Of a DNA stretch of 64,000 nucleotides, positions 47,597 through 56,701 are shown piece after piece (position 1 is the first letter of the stretch; each line of letters begins with the position of its first letter). The position numbers and the translations under genes were made by a program. The stretch comes from Verrucomicrobiia bacterium (lineage in GTDB: Bacteria; Verrucomicrobiota; Verrucomicrobiia; Limisphaerales; JADLHS01), in assembly GCA_036274115.1 (NCBI GenBank), contig DASUGI010000113.1, positions 14,211-78,210 of the forward strand, read 5' to 3'. The notes under the pieces are model-generated. The model was not told where the DNA came from. It saw only the letters and a program-made list of their open reading frames with translations, and did no database searches.

Positions 47597-48559
47597 TTAG
47601 GTATGAGGACAAACAAACGTCTCCCCAATCTGCTTCAAGGCCAAACGCTCGGGCTCACGTTGCAGCGCGACTTGAATGCGCTCGATCGGTTCATTCATCG
47701 GCTCATCGCTCAGCTTGAAGGTCTGATGGTGAATCGGAATGATAAAGCCAGCGCCAGCCGCATTCGCCATGTTCACGGCCTGTTCCGGCGTGCAGTGATA
47801 ACGAATCCACGGATCGTAAGCTCCAATCGGCATCATCACGGCGTCGAACGGGCCGCGTGAACGCAGGTCGCCGAACAACGGAGTATTCGCCGTATCACCG
47901 CCGAAAACGATTGCCCGACCTTCGCGACGAAGAATGTAGCCGTTGTAACCGCGAGCGATTTTGTCATCCGGCCAGCGTTTGCCCCAGTGATTTACTTCGA
48001 ATGCTTCGATGCGCAGTTCGCCTCGATCTGTCTTAAGCGTGAAATCTTCGCCCCACTTGAGTTCAGTTGGTGGTTTGCTCTTTGGTTTCCCCAACAAGTC
48101 AGACGTGTTCCTGGCCGCAACCATCGTCGTCTTGCCAATGAACGAATCCAATGACGCCAGGTCCAAATGATCCATGTGAGGGTGCGAAAGCAGCACGAGA
48201 TCAATCGGTGGCAGCTCCTTCAATCGCAGCGCCGGAGCGATGTAGCGCTTCGGGCCAGCGGTCCCAATTCCAACATCAACTCCGCAACGATTGCCCAGCG
48301 TAGGATCAGTCAGAATGCGAACGCCGTAGAAATTGATGAGAACCGTCGCATGGCCAATCCAACAAATGGTCACCGCATTATCGGACCACTTCGCAAGTTC
48401 AGGTTTTACCGGTGCAGGGAGAACACTTCGTCCACTGTCCGCGATGATTCGACGCAACCAACGGGCAGCCCGACTTTGCGAAAGTCCCAGCCAGCCTCCA
48501 CCTGCGGCCGTTCCAAATAATGCGGAATAGCCGAGGAACTTGCGCCGGTTATACTTCAC
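47597..48559 (-). CDS. Tat-exported MBL-fold metallo-hydrolase (NAPE-PLD/RomA-like)
   Basis: RRKFL Tat motif; WIGHAT, SHPHMDH, FGGDT, MPIGAY, PIHHQTF. Confidence 0.9.
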   Translation of the reverse strand: MKYNRRKFLGYSALFGTAAGGGWLGLSQSRAARWLRRIIADSGRSVLPAPVKPELAKWSDNAVTICWIGHATVLINFYGVRILTDPTLGNRCGVDVGIGTAGPKRYIAPALRLKELPPIDLVLLSHPHMDHLDLASLDSFIGKTTMVAARNTSDLLGKPKSKPPTELKWGEDFTLKTDRGELRIEAFEVNHWGKRWPDDKIARGYNGYILRREGRAIVFGGDTANTPLFGDLRSRGPFDAVMMPIGAYDPWIRYHCTPEQAVNMANAAGAGFIIPIHHQTFKLSDEPMNEPIERIQVALQREPERLALKQIGETFVCPHT

Positions 48560-48613
48560 GCGAACAAGTTGGGCGAGGTCGCAAAACTGTCAAGCTGAGT
48601 CGGGTCACTCAAA

Positions 48614-48829
48614 TCACCGGCTAGCTTGATCGCCTTCTCGAAAGTGCGGCAACCACCGCCAAAACTCAGTCTGCTGATTCCCGTTTTGAGTTCCGTGCGG
48701 CGAAGTGGTGTTAGGATAGCGCGAAGCGCAGCCTGAAACCATGCAGAGCCCCACCAATAAGGTTAAGTAGCAGATTCTCTGTGCCTTCCGGGTCGTTTTG
48801 AAAGGCACAGTTTCCATCCTAAAAGCCAA
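48614..48829 (-). CDS. Possible small lipoprotein
   Basis: Hydrophobic stretch ending MVSGC; fills the gap between two minus-strand genes; no homology recognised. Confidence 0.35.
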   Translation of the reverse strand: MAFRMETVPFKTTRKAQRICYLTLLVGLCMVSGCASRYPNTTSPHGTQNGNQQTEFWRWLPHFREGDQASR

Positions 48830-48841
48830 AGTTCGTCTGCG

Positions 48842-50170
48842 CTAGCTCAACTTCCAGGGCTTCCGGAAATCGCGCGTCAGCAGCTTGCTGGCTTCCTTGT
48901 CGCCGATGATCTTTTCCTTCTTCGGATCCCACTTGAGGGTGCGACCGGTCAGCATGGCGATGAGGCCGAGGTGTCCGGGAATCGCGGAGTGATGCGCTGT
49001 TTCCACCGGAGTGATCGAGGGCTTGCGAGACTTTACACAGTCCAGGAAGTTGCCGTAATGGTCGCTGGATTCGTAAAGCTTCACCTTGCGCAAATCTTCA
49101 GGCAGTCGGCGTGAGTCGGCCCATTCTGGATTTGACGACTCAAAAGCGTTGCCCCGGCTCACCCACACCCAACCGTCTGTGCCAATCCATTTCGTCCCGC
49201 CACGAATGTCGCGATGCCCGCCAGCGATCACCATTTCGATATCATTCGGATATTTCAGATTGATGCGATACTTCGTGCAGGTGTTCCAAATGGCGTCCTG
49301 GGGAGGAAACTCTCCTTGTCCCGAGATCTCCAAAGGCCCGGAGTTATCGCAATCCATGCCCCAGTGCGCGATGTCAACGTGATGCCCGACCCAGTCCAGC
49401 AACTGTCCGCCGCCCGTGTTGTAATTCCAACGCCAGTTCTTGTGAATGCGGCACTCGATGTAGGGCATCATTTGCGACGGCCCAATCCAGAAATTGTAAT
49501 CCAGTTCCGGCGGCGGCTCGGTCACGGTTTTCTTGTCCTTGGTGTTCGCAAAATCGCTATGCCCACCGGGCAAACCAACCTCCACACGTTTGATTTTTCC
49601 GATTAGACCATTGCGAACAATCTCCGCCGCGTAATGGAAATGCCGCTCCGAGCGCTGCCACGATCCGGTCTGCCAAATGCGTTTGTTCTTCTGAACCGCC
49701 TTCACCATCGCCTGTTGCTCGGCAATCGTCCGGGCCAGTGGTTTTTCGCCGTAAATGTCCTTCTTGTTTTTCGCCGCTTCCACTGCCACCAACTCGTGCC
49801 AATGATCGGGCAACGCCAGCATCACGGTGTCAATGTCCCTGCGCGCCATCATCTCGCGGAAATCGCTATACATCTTGCAATCCTGATTCTTGTAGCGCTT
49901 GTTGACAGTGTCGGCGGCTTCTTTCAGATGGTTCTTATCCACATCGCAAACCGCCACGATCTGGCAGTCCTTCTGTCCGAGGAACGCCCCCATGTTGCTG
50001 CCGCCCTGCCAACCGCATCCCACAATGCCCATGGTGATGCGATTCGACGGAGCGGGACGATCCTGCCCAAAGCCGCGGGACGGCAGAATCGTTGGCGCAA
50101 CTAACGCCAGCGCTGTGGTAGAGATGAATTGACGACGCGAGATGCCGGACGAAGCAGACTTGGGTTTCAT
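48842..50170 (-). CDS. Tat-exported Gfo/Idh/MocA oxidoreductase
   Basis: SRRQFI; GIVGCG, VAVCDVD, PDHWH, YGEKPL, QTGSWQRS, DWVGHHVD. Confidence 0.93.
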   Translation of the reverse strand: MKPKSASSGISRRQFISTTALALVAPTILPSRGFGQDRPAPSNRITMGIVGCGWQGGSNMGAFLGQKDCQIVAVCDVDKNHLKEAADTVNKRYKNQDCKMYSDFREMMARRDIDTVMLALPDHWHELVAVEAAKNKKDIYGEKPLARTIAEQQAMVKAVQKNKRIWQTGSWQRSERHFHYAAEIVRNGLIGKIKRVEVGLPGGHSDFANTKDKKTVTEPPPELDYNFWIGPSQMMPYIECRIHKNWRWNYNTGGGQLLDWVGHHVDIAHWGMDCDNSGPLEISGQGEFPPQDAIWNTCTKYRINLKYPNDIEMVIAGGHRDIRGGTKWIGTDGWVWVSRGNAFESSNPEWADSRRLPEDLRKVKLYESSDHYGNFLDCVKSRKPSITPVETAHHSAIPGHLGLIAMLTGRTLKWDPKKEKIIGDKEASKLLTRDFRKPWKLS

Positions 50171-50280
50171 GTTGAGTCAATGACGCCTGAATCCGGCGCA
50201 AGATTCGAGAAAAATCTTGCACGACACGGATTCGAGGATTTGACATGGAGAATCGTCTCCTCGGTTGGTGTCCTGATTTG

Positions 50281-50333
50281 AAGCTTGGAGTTCCGCGTTT
50301 ACGCGGCTCGGAGCCGCCTGAAGGCGGAACTCC
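50281..50333. repeat. Palindromic element family D (copy 1)
   Basis: AAGCTTGGAGTTCCGCGTTTACGCGG..CCGCCTGAAGGCGGAACTCC; inverted homologue at 53774-53816. Confidence 0.8.
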
Positions 50334-50388
50334 GAACGAAATCAGAACACAGGCTGGCCTTGTCTTTCATGGATGATTCTACAACGAT

Positions 50389-50781
50389 ATGCCTATGAAT
50401 CTGGAACATCTTGGCCTCAACCACCCGGATGCCGTCGCCGCGGCGGCGTGGTACGAACAAAACCTCGGAATGAAAATTGCCCGGAAGTTTGGTCCTCCGG
50501 GTCTGGGCCACTTCCTGGCCGATGCGCAGGGAAAGATGATGATTGAGTTCTACCACAACGCCCTCGCCCCCGTGCCGGACTTCAAGGCGATGAATCCCAT
50601 GTCGTTCCACATCGCGTTCTTTGTGGATGACGTGCCGTCAGCGCGCGAGCGCCTGATCAAAGCCGGTGCGACCGCTCAGGGCGACGTGAACACCAACGAC
50701 GATGGCGATCAACTCGCGATGGTGCGCGACCCGTGGGGATTGCCGGTGCAGTTGGTGAAGCGGACGAAAGCGATGCTGTGA
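50389..50781 (+). CDS. VOC/glyoxalase family protein
   Basis: LEHLGL..WYEQNLGM..MIEFY..HIAFFVDDV..RDPWGLPVQL. Confidence 0.88.
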   Translation: MPMNLEHLGLNHPDAVAAAAWYEQNLGMKIARKFGPPGLGHFLADAQGKMMIEFYHNALAPVPDFKAMNPMSFHIAFFVDDVPSARERLIKAGATAQGDVNTNDDGDQLAMVRDPWGLPVQLVKRTKAML

Positions 50782-50787
50782 GTCGCC

Positions 50788-50886
50788 GCAGGACAGGCGT
50801 CGCGCCTGTCTCAAACTTGAAAGGATTCCGCTTAGTTCGTTGACCCGTTGGCAGAAAGAGTGAGACAGGCGCGACGCCTGTCCTAC
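50788..50886. repeat. GTAG-type REP doublet, family E, between convergent genes
   Basis: GCAGGACAGGCGTCGCGCCTGTCTCA / TGAGACAGGCGCGACGCCTGTCCTAC. Confidence 0.85.
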
Positions 50887-53459
50887 CTCTTCGGTTCAAC
50901 ACTGCAATCCACCAACTTCACATCCGCCTCCTTCACTAGGTCCGGCTTGGAAATCTCCTTGAACCGTGAATTGTGAATGCGCACGCCCTTGATTTCCGCA
51001 CCCGGGAAGCCCCGGATGTCCAGCACGCGCTGAGCCTTCGCCACATTCAAGTCTTCGATGACGAGATCGCGCACGACGGGTTTGTGCGGTCCATTGGCGC
51101 CTTCCTCGTAAACGAAATCAATCTGTAACGCCGCGTCAGCCACGGTGCCGACGGTGACATTGCGAACGAAGATGTTTTCCACCACGCCACCGCGAACAGC
51201 ATTCGACTTGAAGCGAATGGCACGATCGAGATTCGGGCTGTCCATCGTGCAATCCTCCACAAACACATTGCGGCAGCCCCCGGAGATTTCGCTGCCAATC
51301 GTCACGCCACCGTGCCCGTCCTTCATCGTGCAGCGGCGGATGACGATATTCTCCGCCGGCACGCCAATGCGCCGTCCGTCGTTGTTGCGACCGGACTTGA
51401 TGGCGATGCAATCATCGCCGGTATCGAACACACAATCTTCAATCAACACATCGCGGCACGCCTCAGGATTGCAACCGTCGTTATTCGGCCCGTGCGATTC
51501 AATGTGAACTCCGCGCACGATGACGTTGGTGGACAACACCGGGTGCAATTCCCACATCGGCGAGCGACGGATGCGCACGCCTTCGATCAATACATTCTGA
51601 CATCGGAACATTTCGATGAAACTGGGCCGCAGATAATCCCCTTGGCCGAACTTGCGTTCTTCCACCGGCGTCCCCTGCTCCACCATTTTGCCGAGGCGTT
51701 TGCGGGCGTTGTCCTGTTTGGGTGCGCCATCGTTCCAGCCATGTTCCTTCTTTCCCTTCCACGGCCACCAGTTGTCCGCAGCGGCTTGACCATCGAGCAC
51801 ACCTTGTCCGGTGACAGCGACATTCTGCGCTCCATAGGCGTAAATGAGTGGCGAGTAATTGAAACATTCCATCCCTTCAAACCACGTCCGCACCGCCGGC
51901 AGATACGCCGCTGGATCGGTTTTGAATTTGATCGTTGCTCCCTGGTCGAGATGCAAATTCACCCCACTCTTCAAATGAATCGGCCCGGTGAGATATTCGC
52001 CCGCGGGCACAATGACTTTTCCACCGCCAGCCTGGTGACACGAATCAATCGCTTTGGCGAAGGCGGCACTGCTGTCGGTCTTGCCGTCCGCCGCCGCGCC
52101 CAGTTGAAGAATGGAAACCTCCATGCTTGGGAAAATTGGTGGTTTGATGCGCTCCAGAATCGCCGGCACTTGCTCCCATTCTTTAGCGACCGAAAGTCTC
52201 GGAGGCATCACCGGAGAAGTCGAGCGCGTCTCCACCACCATCGGCATCTTGTGCATTTTCTGCAACTCGATGCCGGCAAGGATGAACGGGCCAACTCCCT
52301 TCAGGTCGTTGTAAACAATCGGCTCGCGCAAGTAATACTCGTACGAACCGTCTCGCCCATAACCGAGTCCCGCCACCGAACAGCATTGCGTCAAAGAAAT
52401 GTCACCGCGCTCATCGCGTTTAATCAGGCGCTGAATGATCCCGCGATAACCAGTGTCCGCAACGCTCTCGTACTCCGCCGCCGACAGGTAACCTTCGTTG
52501 ATACCTTTCGCCAGCGCATAAACGAACATCGCCGCGGCCGTCGCTTCGAGGTAATTGCCTTCGCGTCCGCCCTGATCCATCACTTGCCACCATAGTCCGT
52601 TCGTTGCGTCCTGCCATTTCACAATCCCGGCGACCACCTGCTTGAACTGCGCAATGATCTCCTTTCGTCCGGGATGATCCTTGGGCAGAAAATCCAACAC
52701 ATCCACGCAACCCATCGCAAACCAGCCCAGCCCGCGTCCCCAGAAATTTGAAGATGTTCCGGTGGTCTTGTTCGCCCACTCCTGCTGCTTGCTCTCATCC
52801 CAGCCGTGGTAGTAGAGACCGGTCTTCGCATCGTAGAGATGCTCGTTGATGAGGCGGAATTGTTTGACGATGTCGTCATAATCTGACGCCGGTCCTTTGA
52901 ACTCTTTGACGTACTCGGCGTAAAACGGCGCGCCCATGAACAGGCCATCCAGCCACATTTGGCTGGGATACCGTTGCTTGTGCCAAAACCCGCCCTGGCT
53001 CGTGCGCGGGTGCGTCTGCAATTGTTTGCGCAACAGATCGGCGCACTTTTTGTAGCGCTCATCGCCAGTGAGCTTATACAGCGCGATGGCAGTTTTCCCG
53101 GGCGCAATGTTGTCGATGTTGTAATCCTCAACCTTGTAGCCGTGAATGTTCCCCTCCGCGTTCAGGAACGATCCAATCGCATCTTTGCTGAACTCGACGT
53201 AAACCGGCGTCGGGATTATTTCGTTCAACTTCAGTAGCGACAACGTGAACAAACCGGCCGTGTAATCCCATTTCGCGTTGCGGCCCTCTCGCCACGCCAG
53301 CTTGTCGCCGCGGCGATTGATTTCGGAATCCGCCATGCACACGGACCACTCCAGCGGACTGCGCCCCGAAACTTTTGTGTCGTGCGCCCGGGCTGATAGT
53401 GGAGTGCATAAGGCGACCAGCGCTACGGCCGCAATGAGCTGAAGATTCAGTGTTTTCAT
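50883..53459 (-). CDS. Secreted GH105 (unsaturated rhamnogalacturonyl hydrolase) + GH28 (polygalacturonase) fusion
   Basis: GH105: WDYTAG, GGFWHK..QMWLDGLFM, WGRGLGW; GH28: NNDG, GDDCIAIKSG, GHGGVTIGSE, RFKS. Confidence 0.9.
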   Translation of the reverse strand: MKTLNLQLIAAVALVALCTPLSARAHDTKVSGRSPLEWSVCMADSEINRRGDKLAWREGRNAKWDYTAGLFTLSLLKLNEIIPTPVYVEFSKDAIGSFLNAEGNIHGYKVEDYNIDNIAPGKTAIALYKLTGDERYKKCADLLRKQLQTHPRTSQGGFWHKQRYPSQMWLDGLFMGAPFYAEYVKEFKGPASDYDDIVKQFRLINEHLYDAKTGLYYHGWDESKQQEWANKTTGTSSNFWGRGLGWFAMGCVDVLDFLPKDHPGRKEIIAQFKQVVAGIVKWQDATNGLWWQVMDQGGREGNYLEATAAAMFVYALAKGINEGYLSAAEYESVADTGYRGIIQRLIKRDERGDISLTQCCSVAGLGYGRDGSYEYYLREPIVYNDLKGVGPFILAGIELQKMHKMPMVVETRSTSPVMPPRLSVAKEWEQVPAILERIKPPIFPSMEVSILQLGAAADGKTDSSAAFAKAIDSCHQAGGGKVIVPAGEYLTGPIHLKSGVNLHLDQGATIKFKTDPAAYLPAVRTWFEGMECFNYSPLIYAYGAQNVAVTGQGVLDGQAAADNWWPWKGKKEHGWNDGAPKQDNARKRLGKMVEQGTPVEERKFGQGDYLRPSFIEMFRCQNVLIEGVRIRRSPMWELHPVLSTNVIVRGVHIESHGPNNDGCNPEACRDVLIEDCVFDTGDDCIAIKSGRNNDGRRIGVPAENIVIRRCTMKDGHGGVTIGSEISGGCRNVFVEDCTMDSPNLDRAIRFKSNAVRGGVVENIFVRNVTVGTVADAALQIDFVYEEGANGPHKPVVRDLVIEDLNVAKAQRVLDIRGFPGAEIKGVRIHNSRFKEISKPDLVKEADVKLVDCSVEPKR

Positions 53460-53625
53460 TTTCGGTGATTAATCAGCGATTACCCACAACACGACTCTCC
53501 CGCGCGCTGAGATGTTCAATTGTGACACAGGATTCTCGACGCGATTGCGCCTGGCAGCAAAGGATTTCACCCATTGAGTTGTTCCGTTTCCTTGTTGGAT
53601 TGTGCACTGGCTCAGAAGCACCACC

Positions 53626-53758
53626 GTAGCGCAGAGTTGCACTCTGCCGTATCGCCGAATTTCATTCGGCACGGTATCAATTCCTCCAGACGCGCCTTGC
53701 GTTTGCGGGGCGTAGCGGATTGGAAATCCGCGATACAGCAGAGTGCAACTCTGCGCTA
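53626..53758. repeat. REP/REPIN-like family A (copy 2)
   Basis: GTAGCGCAGAGTTGCACTCTGC..GCCGAATTTCATTCGGC..GCGGATTGGAAATCCGCGATACAGCAGAGTGCAACTCTGCGCTA. Confidence 0.85.
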
Positions 53759-53773
53759 AGCACCCCCCCTTCA

Positions 53774-53816
53774 GCCTTAGGCGGTCGGAACCGCGTACAC
53801 GCGGAACTCCAAGCTT
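53774..53816. repeat. Palindromic element family D (copy 2, inverted, partial)
   Basis: GCCTTAGGCGG..CCGCGTACACGCGGAACTCCAAGCTT. Confidence 0.75.
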
Positions 53817-53846
53817 CCAATCAGGAAACGGCCGTTCAGACTTGGT

Positions 53847-53923
53847 CTCGTTCTCCTCCTCGTCGTCGTCCTCGCTTCTTTCAACGGCAATTCGAGGACG
53901 AGAACGAGGACGACGACGAGGAG
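53847..53923. repeat. Inverted simple-sequence element (CTCGTC-like / GACGAG-like arms)
   Basis: CTCGTTCTCCTCCTCGTCGTCGTCCTCG ... CGAGGACGAGAACGAGGACGACGACGAG. Confidence 0.75.
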
Positions 53924-53945
53924 GCAGTGATTTCTCCACCTTCGC

Positions 53946-54042
53946 TTGATCTTAATCTTCATCTTAATCTTTTTTCTTACTCTCAATCCGAAGCGCGGCC
54001 GAAGCGGCAGATTAAGAATAAGATTACGAGCAAGATTAAGAA
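53946..54042. repeat. Inverted simple-sequence element (TCTTAA-like / AGATTA-like arms)
   Basis: TTGATCTTAATCTTCATCTTAATCT ... AGATTAAGAATAAGATTACGAGCAAGATTAAGAA. Confidence 0.75.
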
Positions 54043-54081
54043 ACCCAAGCCGCCCAGAGGTTCGAATCGCAGTAGGTCAAT

Positions 54082-54110
54082 TTGACAAGTCCTTCCCTTT
54101 TTGGAATTCT
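54082..54110 (+). promoter_or_regulatory. Putative sigma-70 promoter for the riboswitch-kup transcript
   Basis: TTGACA (54082-54087), 17-bp spacer, AATTCT; predicted TSS coincides with the riboswitch 5' end. Confidence 0.55.
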
Positions 54111-54115
54111 CAAGG

Positions 54116-54246
54116 CGCAGCCAAAGTCCGGCAAATGTCGGACGCGGGGGAACCAACGCCCGGAAATTCCGGACGCGGGGCGAAGACGGAAAAACCGTCG
54201 GGCCACTTTCAAGGCCCAGCCCGTCAGCTAACCTCGTCGGCGAGTG
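54116..54246 (+). ncRNA. c-di-AMP (ydaO/yuaA) riboswitch
   Basis: Ordered class motifs GCGGGGGAACCA..GGGGCGAA..GGGCC..GGCCC-AGCCCGTCAGCTAACCTCGT-CGGCG with intervening hairpins, in the 5' leader of a K+ transporter. Confidence 0.88.
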
Positions 54247-54297
54247 AAAGGGCAGTCTCGTGAAGCGCGCGTCGCCTCTCAGATTCCCGCCAAAAAC

Positions 54298-56244
54298 ATG
54301 GAAACCGAAAGCAGTGCGGGCCAAACCGGCCCCACTCAGGACAATGCCGATGCTCCCCAACCGGAGCATTCGCACGGAACAAATCGCTGGCTGGTGCTTG
54401 GGCTTGGCGCGCTGGGCGTCGTTTACGGCGACATCGGGACGAGTCCGCTCTACGCTTTGCGCACCTGTTTTTCGTCCAACGGCGGAGTTGCGCCCACGCA
54501 CGACAACGTCCTGGGTGTGCTGTCCCTCATCTTCTGGTCGCTCCTGCTGATTGTGTCGGTGAAATACATCGCCTTCGTGATGCGCGCCGACAATCGCGGT
54601 GAAGGCGGCATTCTTGCCCTGCTCGCGCTGGCCTTCCCCGAACGAGAACAAGCTTCCTCCAGTCGAGCGCACTGGCTGTTAGTGGCGGCCGGCGTATTCG
54701 GCGCTGCGCTGCTTTACGGAGATGGGTTGATCACTCCCGCAATCACTGTGCTCGGCGCCGCCGAAGGATTGGAAGTAGTCACGCCGCTTTTTAAGCCCTA
54801 CGTCGTTCCACTTACCATCCTCATTCTGATCGCGTTGTTCAGCGTGCAACGCATCGGAACGGGTGGCGTCGGGAGAATCTTTGGCTGGGTGATGCTCGCG
54901 TGGTTCATCACTCTTGCCGCGCTCGGTTTGAAACAAATTCTTCGCACCCCGGAAGTCTGGCTGGCAATCAACCCGCTCTACGCGATAAAGTTTTTCCAGG
55001 CGAACGGATTTGCCGGCTTCCATGAACTGGGGGCCGTCTTCCTCGTACTGACCGGGGCGGAGGCGTTATACGCAGACATGGGCCACTTCGGCAAACGTCC
55101 CATCCGTGTGGCATGGTTCACCCTCGTGCTGCCGGCGCTGTTCCTGAATTACCTCGGACAAGGCGCGCTCGTGCTGGCACACCCCGAGGCTGCCAGCAAT
55201 CCGTTTTTCCGGCTCGCACCCTCCTGGACCCTCTATCCGCTGGTCGCGCTGGCTACGGCGGCCGCGGCTATCGCATCGCAAGCGCTTATCACAGGATCTT
55301 TTTCGCTCACGATGCAGGCGATCCAACTTGGCTACGTGCCGCGCATGGCCATCGAACACACCTCATCCTCGGCACGTGGCCAGATCTACATTCCCTGGGT
55401 CAATTGGGGCCTGATGTCTGCGTGCATTGCCATCGTGCTGAGCTTCCGGTCATCCGACAACCTCGCGGCCGCCTACGGCATTGCGGTCGTGATGACCATG
55501 ATCATCACCACACTGATGCTTTTTTTCGCCACGCAAAAGCTGTGGAAATGGACGGTGTGGCAAGCCGGCGTTTTCTGCGGAGTGTTTCTATTTGCGGAAG
55601 TCGCCTTCCTCAGCGCGAACATTTCCAAGGTCACGCATGGCGGCTGGCTGCCACTTGCCGTCGGCGTCTTCGGCTTCACCCTCATGTCCACCTGGAAAAC
55701 CGGGCGCCGACGACTTCGCAATCGTTTGGTCAAAAGCCTGCTCCCCATTGAGGACTTTCTGAAAGACGTCGCCGAGACCAACCCGATTCGCGTCCCCGGC
55801 ACTGCGATTTTCCTGTCGGGCAATCCCGACGGCACACCCGCCGCGCTGACCCACAATTTCAAACACAACAAAGTCCTCCATAAACGCGTTGTGCTGCTGA
55901 CGATCGTTGTCGAGGAAATTCCCTCCGTCGAACCGGAGCGCCGACTCACCATCACGGAACTCGGGCACGATTTCTATCGCGTGATTGGCCGCTACGGGTT
56001 CATGGAAGAACCCGACGCCCTGGCGCTGCTCAAACTGTGCAAGCCTCACGGACTCAATTTCCGCGAAATGGAAACCACCTTTTTCCTCAGCCGCGAAACC
56101 ATCATCCCGTCCGAACGCCGCGGTTTATCGCGCTGGCGCAAGCGGCTCTTCTCTCTCATGGCCCGCAATTCTCAACCCGCCAACGCCTACTTCCGTCTCC
56201 CGCCGAATCGCGTGGTAGAGCTGGGTTTACAGATAGAAATCTAA
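54298..56244 (+). CDS. kup: KUP/HAK/KT potassium uptake permease
   Basis: GVVYGDIGTSPLY, ADNRGEGG, GDGLITPAI, TGAEALYADMGHFG, GQIYIP, TFFLSRET, RVVELG; ATG 54298 chosen because the upstream sequence is riboswitch. Confidence 0.96.
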   Translation: METESSAGQTGPTQDNADAPQPEHSHGTNRWLVLGLGALGVVYGDIGTSPLYALRTCFSSNGGVAPTHDNVLGVLSLIFWSLLLIVSVKYIAFVMRADNRGEGGILALLALAFPEREQASSSRAHWLLVAAGVFGAALLYGDGLITPAITVLGAAEGLEVVTPLFKPYVVPLTILILIALFSVQRIGTGGVGRIFGWVMLAWFITLAALGLKQILRTPEVWLAINPLYAIKFFQANGFAGFHELGAVFLVLTGAEALYADMGHFGKRPIRVAWFTLVLPALFLNYLGQGALVLAHPEAASNPFFRLAPSWTLYPLVALATAAAAIASQALITGSFSLTMQAIQLGYVPRMAIEHTSSSARGQIYIPWVNWGLMSACIAIVLSFRSSDNLAAAYGIAVVMTMIITTLMLFFATQKLWKWTVWQAGVFCGVFLFAEVAFLSANISKVTHGGWLPLAVGVFGFTLMSTWKTGRRRLRNRLVKSLLPIEDFLKDVAETNPIRVPGTAIFLSGNPDGTPAALTHNFKHNKVLHKRVVLLTIVVEEIPSVEPERRLTITELGHDFYRVIGRYGFMEEPDALALLKLCKPHGLNFREMETTFFLSRETIIPSERRGLSRWRKRLFSLMARNSQPANAYFRLPPNRVVELGLQIEI

Positions 56245-56314
56245 GGACGCCTGGTGCGCGCCTTGGCACAACATTAGCATTGAACATTTTCCACTGGTAA
56301 GCATCTTAATCTCC

Positions 56315-56701
56315 GTGAAGTCGCTCAGAACATTGCTGACCTTGCTGCTGGTGGCCGTATGGCCGCTGGCCACGAGTCATTGTAACCTTGAGCAACTGCC
56401 CGGCTTCGAATTTCTCTCCTGCGCAATTGACGCGGATGCTGCCCACGCCGAAAGCGATTGCGAGACTGATAGCTGCGCCTCAATCGAATCAGGTGTCTAT
56501 AAAACGGAGGATAATCAACAAACGGTGCCCACGCCGCCGTCGTTCACGTCCGAATTCCTGACAACGATGCTGCTGGCACAAACAGAACTGGTCAGCACAA
56601 GCATCAACGATTTTGCCCCTGCACCGCCGGAACTCCCAAAGTCCTGGCAATTTTCTTTCCGCACGGCTCTGTCGCCGCGCGCTCCCTCACTCGTTTCGTA
56701 A
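56315..56701 (+). CDS. Cys-containing exported leader protein (DUF2946/CzcI-like) ending in RAPS
   Basis: Signal-like N-terminus, HC..C..HAESDCETDSC, Pro-rich linker, C-terminal WQFSFRTALSPRAPSLVS; first gene of metal efflux operon. Confidence 0.7.
   Translation: MKSLRTLLTLLLVAVWPLATSHCNLEQLPGFEFLSCAIDADAAHAESDCETDSCASIESGVYKTEDNQQTVPTPPSFTSEFLTTMLLAQTELVSTSINDFAPAPPELPKSWQFSFRTALSPRAPSLVS

Noticed and set aside
53469..54263. ORFs with EDDDEEENE, RRRPRSRPR and LILIFILIF tracts
   Set aside because: They are translations of the stacked palindromic and simple-sequence elements, with no coding signal
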